Made by a program: the position numbers and the translations under genes. From Marsupella aquatica (lineage: Eukaryota; Plantae; Marchantiophyta), in NCBI GenBank assembly GCA_973895155.1, contig OZ316891.1, positions 28,463,145 through 28,527,144 on the forward strand: 64,000 nt of DNA. The letters run 5' to 3'. This document shows, piece after piece, positions 27,001-36,265 of this stretch (the stretch's first letter is position 1; every line of letters starts with the position of its first letter). The notes beneath the pieces were generated by a model that searched no databases, was not told the DNA's origin, and saw nothing but the letters and a program-made list of their open reading frames with translations.

Positions 27001-27777
27001 TACACCGGCACATCTGACTTTTGACACAGACTAGTGATTGCGAGGTTTGAGATTAGCTGAAGTTGTGAGAAGTCTCGTCCATGGATAGCCGTCATTATCC
27101 CTATCCATGTCTTGAAGACCATATCCTCGACGAAATTGACCTTCCACCGGAGGAAGCTCAAAAACGCAGTTTCCATTGTAGGAAGTGGGCAAAGTCTGCA
27201 CTTGAATCTCCTTCCAATCGTTTCCCCTGCGGAAATTTGCCAACTCGCTTGACCCAGTAATATTGAGAAAGGCATCATATGCACTAACTCGATAAAGAAC
27301 TGGCTGAGATTGAAACTTGTTTTGACTCACTGCTTCAAAAACGGATTTCTTAGAAGACTTTGTCGACACAGAAGAGACATCCCTACCCACACTCTCAGGG
27401 GAGATGTCAATAATTTCTGGTACTGCAGGTGACGGGCGAGTCGGGGATTCTGGATCGGAAACATTGATATGTGCAATGTCATCCTTACATGAGACTAGCT
27501 CTACATCTGAACCACACTTCAGGTCCCAAGCTCTTTCTGGCAATATTCCTGAACCATTATCCGACACCTCGTGACTTCTGGATCCATCCCGAGAGTAAAG
27601 AACGAACAACTTCCAGATGAAATCATCTTTCAAAAGCCCAAACCTTGATGAGAGAAAAGACTCCTTTACAGAGATAATAGTATTCTCCGGAACATCCAGA
27701 ACAACAACATCACCCGTCGTCTTTCTCTCGATCACAACCTTCGATCCCAATGAAGACATGCTGGAAGTTTTGGACAT
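24063..27777 (-). pseudogene. MULE-type transposase with N-terminal GCM-like zinc domain and C-terminal SWIM finger
   Basis: CAGVLECQNLVC...CGFC...C...HMGFHDH (GCM/WRKY-like); DDE core SSDVMRR...HVYD...GFIADNAEA...FHFAQSL; SWIM CSCEDF...CKHLLWV. In-frame TAG at 27031, frameshifts at ~25950 and ~24670, intron at ~25667-25731. Confidence 0.8.
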
Positions 27778-28452
27778 TACAGTCTACAGCAATCCCCAAT
27801 GTGAGATACTTCACTCTCTTCTTTCTCCAAATACATATGAGGAAACGTGCTTGTGTAGGTGTTGGACTCAACGTATTTATTTAATAAATTCCTCTTATTC
27901 CCGTTATCTGACCGTTATTTTGTCTTATATGACACTATTTGCGGAATGATAAAGCTAGCGATCTCGCTAGCTCAATGAACCAAGTAAAATTGTTCAAATC
28001 CTTACAAAACACCCTTCAGGAGTTCATGTATTTAGTGGTCATTTTTTGGCTAGTGATGTCTCTAGCAAAAATATTTCATCATAAGAGACAATTGTGACCG
28101 TTTATATCCGTTGGAATTGGTCAACGGGTACCTATATGTCAACAGTACGGTACAGTACCGGACACCTGTCTCTTTGTCATTAGATACTTTTCTTTCAGTC
28201 GTGAGTTTGGTGGTTCGTATTTCCAGAAGTACATGTATACCTGACGGTGTCTGAAAAATGATTGCGAGAAGAGTCGTATAGAATATTTGTATCTCTTTTC
28301 ACGACCGGGCGCATCATTCAGGTGAAAGCAACAGACGAGGGTACGATTCTGTCTTTGATTGGAAGATCGATTCTCGGGTTTTTTTATGTTCACAAAGCGT
28401 GTCGCCCTCGACCTTGACCTGTTCATACCCTTATCACTTCACGGACCCCCTG

Positions 28453-31400
28453 ATGGAGCCATTGTCTTCACCCGAGAGCTTGTCATCAATAGGATCGTTC
28501 AAGTCAGTCGAGTCAAGCCGAAGGGAGACCAGGTCTACAGTGAACAAGAAGGCGCTCTAGGCGGGATTGAAAACACCGAGGAGGCCCAAGATGGTGAACC
28601 AAGTAGATGTTGTGAATCCAACGTTTCAACTTGGAGCTTCAGAACCCTATTCTGTTGTCATCAATCGCCATCTTTTCCCTTTTGGAAATGACGAATTTGG
28701 ATTCCCGCTCGCTCCTCCGAGGATTCCCCTTTGCAGAATGCGAAACATGCAGATCGTTCGGTCCTTGCAAACTAACTCGACTGCGATCGAGACACTCAAG
28801 AATGAATTCCGGATGCAGGGATACATCGAAGATGCGCCTCGATTTTACGTCCAAATGACCGGCGAAGATGGCCTTGTCCAGATGTGCGAGGATGTGATTC
28901 GGGAGTCGTGGGATGACATGTGGATTCTTCAGAATGAAGAATTCGAGAGGGAATGTGATTCTCACAAAGCTTTCAAAATTTTGAAAGACAAAATGTTCTG
29001 TGTTTTCGATGGAAATCATCGTCTGTACTCATGGATGCAGCTTGCGGACGAGAATCCCCATGATGTCAAATATCATCCTCGAGTTGTTTGCCGAATTTTC
29101 AAGGATGACAAGAACTCATTCGTGCAGATTGAGTCGGCAATGCATGCGCTGAATAGGTTTGTTTCTTTTCCTTCAAGCTGTGAATTGTATCTAAAATTCT
29201 TTCATTTCCTCTTGTTAGCGATCTCGCTGACCTGTTTCTTTTGTTCAGGTTGACTCAATGTCACGTTGAGAATTCTTGGGTCCTTGAAGCAGAGAGAGTC
29301 CACAAGGTTCTCAGTAATGACCTTTCTGTATACAAAGATATCATCGATGCAGACAACTACAAACTTTTCTAGCAGAAGATGGCAAATATCAAGAAATCGG
29401 CTTGGTATTCGAAGAACATGGCACTCGATGCCTGCACGTACATTCTGTCTGCTGCTAATATTGCAGCGCAGACGGAAGATTTGAAGAAGAAGTTTCAGTT
29501 GAAAGAAGCGCAAGGAGAACCTCTTTCAAAAGCTGCGCAAGACATGGCAGTCAAAGACATGATGAAGGAGCAACTGGCAGATTGGAATGTGAAGGTGCCA
29601 AAGATTGGACCTCTCCTAAATCCTGAGTTTGGTGACTTTTTCCAGAAGTGTGTTGAGATGCACAACTACTGTGAACATGAGAGGAAGGAGGCCCAACGAA
29701 CAGACGATAAAGGAAGGGGTAATGTGTCATGTGGTCTCGATCGTGCGAGGCTATTTACGGGTGTCTCGTCGTTGACTCCCCAGCTCAGATGTGTACTCCT
29801 CGAGGCACAATGCAGACCTGAGCTTCGCAAGAAGTACTTCCACCCTGGTCAATTCTTGGACAGCGAAACAAAACTTTGGCTTCACCGATGGGCTGTATGG
29901 GAGCAGGTTGAGTCAATTTGTTCTTCGCTCATGTCTGAGATTATTTCAGAGTTGATCCCAACTATTCCAGATGCAAGGATCCTTACTTCATCTGAGAAGA
30001 CAAAGCCATCGCTGATCCTTGACATAGAGGAGGACTTTGAAGATTTCCAAACGAGAGTGAAATCTCGTTTTTTCAAACAGATTTGGCCACCAAAGTCGGG
30101 TGAGAAGATTGACATCTCACTTTTTCGGAGGAGGGCGAAGAGATATACGTATCGTTTTTTTGTGGATAGAGAAGTTGCTGACAAAACATATTGGTGGTCC
30201 TATCCTGCTTGCTTCTCGCCTTGGATAGCAGGAGTAAAAGAGGATCCGACCTCTGTTAAATATGGAGAGTACTCGATGTACCCATGTGAGGGAGTGGAGG
30301 CTCCAAGGAAGATGAGTGAGTGGGAAGTCCTTCACTGTCCATGGTATTTAGAATCAGACAAATGGGCAGTGACATTTGACACAGCAGAGAAGGCAGCATT
30401 TCATATGATAAATTGAGGCTTGATACCAGAGTCGTACATTACAGAGTCCAAATTAGCTCCTGCAGAAGCCGAGGCTGGCGGATGTGATGCAATGGAGAAA
30501 GTTGTTCTTGGTGTAGCTGCCATTGTCGACCGGAGTAGATCGAGGAGACCTCGGAAGGTGTCGGTGAAGGACACGTCCAAAGATGGATCAGTCTTGTCTG
30601 GGAAGCAAAGCAGGTCTTTTTCTCCTCTTTTTTTCATACCTCATTCGGAGTAATTTTGTCTCAGTCACCTGTCTGACATTAACATGTTTTTCAGAGAAGA
30701 GAAAGGCTACAGCCTCTGGCAGTTTGAAGAGTGGGGCGGATGATGGAGAAGAACCCAAGTCTCCTGATGTTGAGGTCACAACAAAATCTGATGTGGACCT
30801 GGGTTCAATCAAGCGTTTAAAGAGGAAGCGCAATGTCCAAATTCTCTCCGACTCGGATGAGGAGGAAGCATGCGTCGCGCAAGGAGTAGCACGAATGTGT
30901 GGTCTTAAGAAGGACGGTGAGAGGCATTTCTTGGCAAAGAGCAATCTCACGGAAACTGCAAACTCAATTAGCCAGAGGAAAATAAGACCTCCCTGGATGG
31001 GCGATGCGGATCAGTGGTTGTCTGGAATGAGCAAATCAAGCAAACACCCAAACGCCGTGATGATCAACGGAAAAAATTATGCTGGAATTGGTGCTCACTT
31101 GGGTTTCATATTCCTTCCCACGGGTCATCGAACAAGCATCACAGACCGGGAGGTCCCGAAGTGGAATGTTTGGAGTGAGAAATTACCATATTATTTCTTT
31201 GGAGTCATGCTTCCGATGCTTGCCGATGATGGTTATGTCGCAGTTCTTCACAGCTCTGACTATAACCATATGAGGCAAATGTTTTCTGCAGTCGAACAGA
31301 AGAACAAATTTAAACATGTCCAGCAGTATTCGGTTTTGCTTTCATCTCCTTTGTATCAGGCAGATATGGACATCGAGGTAAGATATCCTCCATATTTTTT

Positions 31401-31977
31401 GTGAAATTTTTGCTAGCGAGCTCGCTAACCAAAAGTGCCCATTTCTTACATATTCTCGTTTTCAATTCAGGTGGTTACTCTCATTATGGATGTCTTCTGC
31501 AAGGTGGAATTCTCGGCAAAAGTCCCGAAACATACAGGATATGTTCCAATGACTTCCTTGGAGGATGCCCGCCATAAATCGATGTTGAGTGTTTGCTACC
31601 CAAAAACTGATCCCAGTCCCAGGGCGGCTTTCGCAGGTTCCAATAGATTGTCAGTTGGGTTCATGCAAGCCGTAATGGAGATCCTTACTTTGCCAAAGGA
31701 CATTGTCATTGACTGGACTGTTGGAGATGGAAGTGCTTTTGCCGCTGGGGAATACGCTGGGAGATTTGTTGTGGGTGTTGAAGATCAAGACATTCTTCAT
31801 CTGCGTGCACAAAGAACTTTGGCAAATGTGTTGGATAGACATGCCCAGAAGTTGAAAGGGGCCGCAGACCCGAAGAACGATGATCCCAATGATGAAGGGT
31901 CGGATGATGAGTTCACCATCCCAGGAGATGATCAGGGAGGACCTTCAGACGAGAAGGATGAATTCGACCTGGAGTAA
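28453..31977 (+). pseudogene. ParB/Sulfiredoxin-like N-terminal domain fused to a beta-class N4C/N6A DNA methyltransferase-like domain; 3 introns, 3 premature stops
   Basis: Exons ~28453-29156, 29249-30612, 30695-31377, 31471-31977 with GT-AG introns. ParB-like VRSL...IETLKNEFRMQGY...VFDGNHRLYSW. MTase-like RLSVGFMQAVMEILTLPKDIVIDWTVGDGSAFAAGEYAGRFVVGVED. Stops at 28558, 29370, 30414. Confidence 0.7.
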
Positions 31978-32148
31978 AGCACTTGGCCTTTGATGTAGAA
32001 CTCCCTATTTGGTGTTTTTCTTTTGTTTGTAGAATTTTCGGATGTTTAGTATTGATCCGACTCTGGTGATTTCTTCAGTGATAGGTGTTCGGATTGGTTT
32101 TCGGAGGAGAGATTCCGTCTTCGAAAAGAAATCGAGGATCATTTTCTT

Positions 32149-32418
32149 GTGACCCCTGAGAAGGGATTTGCGCTTCCATGCTATGCTGAAAAGACTGCAA
32201 AGGAGGTTGATGAAGCGCCCGTCATTTTGACTTGGGAGGGGAAAGGTCTGCGGTCAGTGAGGGGTGTTCGGAAAGCCTTTTACTACCCTCAGTTCATAGA
32301 TGATGAGGCTGGGACTGTAGCACAGTATGTTGACGGTTCGGCTGAGGAGACTGATAGGGAGTCCAGTAGCGATCCTAGTAATTCCTCAGATGATTTGGAA
32401 TCAGAGGATTCTCAATGA
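32149..32418 (+). CDS. Possible additional acidic ORF or alternative exon inside the MULE
   Basis: Open frame downstream of a possible acceptor TTCTTCAG (~32078). No recognisable motif. Confidence 0.25.
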   Translation: MTPEKGFALPCYAEKTAKEVDEAPVILTWEGKGLRSVRGVRKAFYYPQFIDDEAGTVAQYVDGSAEETDRESSSDPSNSSDDLESEDSQ

Positions 32419-32878
32419 CTCATGGTCAATTTCAGATGCAATCTCATTCCAGAAGATATTTGTCATACCAAAGTTTTATTAAAGATGGATTGTGAAAGGT
32501 TTTTTGACCTGGTTTTGTTGACAGTGATGATGCCTTTTCATTAAGTGCAGTGTTGTGAAGATCTCAAGTTTTTCGGTTGTGGATATTTCAGTATCTGCAT
32601 TTTCGTTTTCCTTAACTGTTTCACAATATATATCGACAATCTTACTTGGGAATGCACCTTAACTACCCTCAAATTACGAGCAAACTTGCCTTGCTAGCCT
32701 GATGTCCTCGCTAGCAAAACTCCTGTTTGCTCGCACAATAGAATACCTCAAACTCCTGCATCATTGCAATGCAAAAGCGTCAGGAAATGCCTCAAGTTTA
32801 GTCTCTCTCTTCGAAATGAATGCACATGCTCTGAACCAAAACATGTATCCCAATTAGCATCAACTCCAAGAGGCTTAC

Positions 32879-34710
32879 CCTCCAGTACTTGAGCTCCAAG
32901 TCCAATATGCTCAGTCTTTTTACACCATATCGCTTTATTGGATCACTCACTCCATCTTCCCTGCCCCCTCGTTTGATATAGTCATCCCTCAGTGCTCCCC
33001 ACTGCCTGATCTCCTCTTTGGTCACTCGTGCCGGGGGTCCACGTTGCTCAATCTCATTGCCAAAGTGTGCAATCAGTGCCTGTCTTTCTCTGTAAGGGTG
33101 ATCTGCCTTCAGAAAATGACGATGGCCCATGTATATCACTTTCTGCAGGGCTCTGGAGTACTCACTGGTGACATTGCGCCTACAGATAGTACAAGCACAA
33201 TATCCTTTTGTTGTTTGGCCTGATATCATCCCATGGGCTGGGTAGTTAGCTATAGTCAGAATGACAATGGCTCTAAGGATGAATGGGTTTAACCTCCCAA
33301 GCCTCTGTAGGACATCATATGTGAGAACTCCTTCCTCCCAAAGTTTTCTCAATTCCTCCACTAGGGGAGCCAGAAACACATCTATGTTGGCAGATACAGC
33401 ACTGTCTGGCCCTGGTATCAGTAGGACCATCAGAACAAAAAATCGCTTTGTAGTCATCCAAGGAGGAAGGTTATAATTCAAAATAGTTATAGGCCAGCAC
33501 GAAAATTTGTTGTTCTTGTCTCCAAATGGGTTTACCCCATCCAATGACAGCCCAAGTCTGACATTCCTCGGCTCAGCAGCAAATTCGGGATACATCTCAT
33601 CTATGAGTTTCCATTGCCTTGAATCTGTAGCATGTCGTTGTAGCCCATCATCACTTTTCTTGTCAGTTGCCCAAGTCATCATCTCCGAGATGGCATGGCT
33701 TCTGAACATCCGCTGAAGTCTGGGAATGAGTGGAAAATGATGAAGTACCTTGGCAGGAACCATAGACTTTCCTGAGTTCCGATACCTGTGCTTCCCACAC
33801 TTAGGGCATGTCAACGATTCTTTATACTCCTTTCTGAAAAGAACATGCCCATCAGGACAGGCATGGATCGAATCATAGTTCAATCCAAGATTAGATATGC
33901 ATCTTTTTGCCTCGTACATGTTCTTGGGCAAAATATTACCATCTGGTAGCACAATTGTTCGCAAGAATGCCAACAACTCAGAAACCAAAATGTTGGGGAC
34001 ATTGTGGTTGCCGCAAATGTTCAGGAACATGATGACAAATCCCAGTTTAGAACATTTGCTACCGGGGTACAAAGACTTCCTGCCTTCCTGCCTTCCTGTA
34101 TTTGTAGGGGAGAGCCAAACATCCCATCATGCCCAGGGGTTTCCTGCCCTATCTCAAACTCATCAAGAGGCTCTTCGACAGGGGGCACACTTGCATCTGC
34201 AGCCGTATCCTCTTCGTTGTCCAGCCCATCATGAAATGCATCCAAGTCTTGGAAGATGTCTCTCACCATCTCTTCCACATGAATTCCTTCGTCACGTGGT
34301 GCTGCCTGAGCACCATCCCGTTGGAGAGCTGACAACCCACAGAGACCAGCTACAACATTTTCAAATGCACCAGGCAGAACCTCACTTGCCCGTCTTGCAG
34401 CATTGGCAACATCAAATTCTAACCTCCACTCCTCGTCAGAAGAATCTTCCTCTGCAGGATCATTCCAAACTTGATGTCGTGGATCTCTTCCATGAACCGC
34501 GATATGCCGCCAAACCTCATTCAGACCCCTGGTACGGGATCCTTGGCAGATTGCACAAGGGCATCTCATCCTACTGGCTCCTGAAAGTCTGGTTTGTAAC
34601 CTTTCACGCTGCCAAAGCTTACTATCATGGCGTGATATCCTTGTGGGATGATGCAAAGGCAGTGCCTGTGCCCTGGGCTGGGTCTGGGGAGGGTGGTGAC
34701 CAGGGTGCAT
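32879..34710 (-). pseudogene. TnpD exon 1 of CACTA copy 2 (Transposase_21), frameshifted near 34075
   Basis: MRCPCAIC, RNVRLGLSLDGVNPF, YNLPPW. Ends at the donor TGGAGG|GTAAG. Confidence 0.9.
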
Positions 34711-35143
34711 TGTAACAGGCTGGGAGCTCTGCAGTCATGGACAGCAGTGAACAAGGATGCCTAATGGTGGTATTTGTGTTCCATATATCCCTGACTGTAT
34801 CTGCCAAAAGAGTTAACATAACGTGTACTAAATTCTCACAAACCCTAAACCACCCCAAAAGAAAAAAACAAGTTCGCAAGTAGTGTACCTATTGTCAAGT
34901 GAATGACACAAAATTCCTAAATGTTGGAGGGTGTCACCACCTCCTCCGCTGTCCTCAAATGTACCGCCTCTGCATGTACATTTACAGTGACACCCCCAGG
35001 CAGCAGGAAACAACAATCCGCCAACAGTAAAATAAGCCCAACTGCCACCAACCATAACAAGGTACATTAGTTCAAAGATCACATTTATTTCAATGATCTG
35101 ATTTATACAAAAAAACTTGTGTCCAAACTGATGCTACTACTCC

Positions 35144-36016
35144 TCACTCTGATTCAGAATCGCTAATGACCCATTCCTCACTTGTTGTCTCATAGTCCTC
35201 TCTGTAAGGATCCTGACCCTTCCGTGGCCAGGCCTCAAAAAGATCATAGTCCATTGGGTTTTGACGCTTCCCAGCTGCTACTGATTCCACAAGCCAAGCA
35301 TATGAAACCACAAACACATTATGGGACATGACATAAAAGCGAATGTCTCCCTTCCCAAACTTGCGGCAGGCTTTGGGATATGACTTAGTAATGACATGAG
35401 TGGTGTCCTCTGTTATATTCTCCTCCACTGTCCCACCTAGGTCAAGCACCGTGGACTTGTACACTTTGCACTTAACCTCTCCAATTCCCGCCTCCACAAA
35501 TACCATGCTCAGCCCTTTCAGAATGGGGGTTGGTTGCTTCGTCTCCTCAGCCAACATACTCTTCAGCCTTCTAGAGCTCTGTCCTTTGTTGAGTACAGGT
35601 CCATATTGGACATCAGCAAGCCGTGCCTTTGCTTCCCAGACTTCTTGTTCAGCCCAAGCTGATGCAGTAGCTTCTTCATCCTCCCACAGCTCATATTGCT
35701 CAGTATCCTGTACAATCTGATGTGCTATGGAATCTGTGATCCAAGAGGCCTCAACTACTTTTAGGCCTTGCTTAGTAATTGCAGAATTCATGTAGGACCA
35801 TGACCACTTCTTTATCACTGATAGCCATGTCCCTGCAACAACATGTGTAGTCTCTGGAGTGATGTCCTGAACTACAGTGCCATGGAGCTCAGAGAATCGT
35901 TTCTGTATAGTTGGCCAATGCACTTTGGTCAACCCATGCTGGCCATGGACCAAAATGGCTCTGACCCCTGTAAACACTGTTGGGTGGTCACACTTTCTAC
36001 GTTTCCCAGGCTCCAT
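35144..36016 (-). CDS. Tandem-BRCT protein copy 2 (upstream region displaced by the LINE)
   Basis: Intact ORF, about 20 amino-acid differences from 5300-6172 by eye. Confidence 0.85.
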   Translation of the reverse strand: MEPGKRRKCDHPTVFTGVRAILVHGQHGLTKVHWPTIQKRFSELHGTVVQDITPETTHVVAGTWLSVIKKWSWSYMNSAITKQGLKVVEASWITDSIAHQIVQDTEQYELWEDEEATASAWAEQEVWEAKARLADVQYGPVLNKGQSSRRLKSMLAEETKQPTPILKGLSMVFVEAGIGEVKCKVYKSTVLDLGGTVEENITEDTTHVITKSYPKACRKFGKGDIRFYVMSHNVFVVSYAWLVESVAAGKRQNPMDYDLFEAWPRKGQDPYREDYETTSEEWVISDSESE

Positions 36017-36265
36017 GTACACACACCCTCCTTGGAATGGTTTTTTTTATAAATTTTAATACCGTGAAAGACCCCACGGATAGGGGGAACAACAGCCCTT
36101 AATACAGGAACAGCAACAGCACACTAGCGAGCCACAAAGAGAGCCCAAAAGCACAAAAGAGAGCATCAAAGCCCCAGGGAGAGCCCCCCCTCAAAGAAGG
36201 GAAATAACACCGATCAAGAGAGCACCCATGCCCTTCCCACAGCAGCCCCCCAAAAAGCAGACCCC

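Larger units (their letters stand above)
22350..32715. promoter_or_regulatory. Dispersed 18-bp palindrome RCTAGCGA-NN-TCGCTARY (putative protein-binding sites)
   Basis: Full or near-full copies at 23624, 23765, 23895, 25674, 27954, 28049, 29214, 31412. Degenerate or half sites at 22350, 22450, 23958, 32708. All are non-coding. The function is inferred. Confidence 0.7.
22255..32749. mobile_element. Mutator-like (MULE) DNA transposon, 10.5 kb
   Basis: 9-bp TSD AAACTCCTG at 22246-22254 and 32750-32758; the empty site is seen in copy 1 at ~2267-2275. Imperfect TIRs GGGTAATTGTAACGTGCGAGCAAACAG and revcomp GAGGTATTCTATTGTGCGAGCAAACAG. Confidence 0.92.

Noticed and set aside
28453-31977. Bacterial or phage contamination explaining the ParB-MTase gene
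   Set aside because: The gene has GT-AG introns and sits inside a TIR/TSD-bounded element nested in a plant CACTA.
22350-32715. Palindromic repeats as a CRISPR array
   Set aside because: They are dispersed at irregular kb-scale spacing in a eukaryotic transposon, with no regular spacers and no cas genes.
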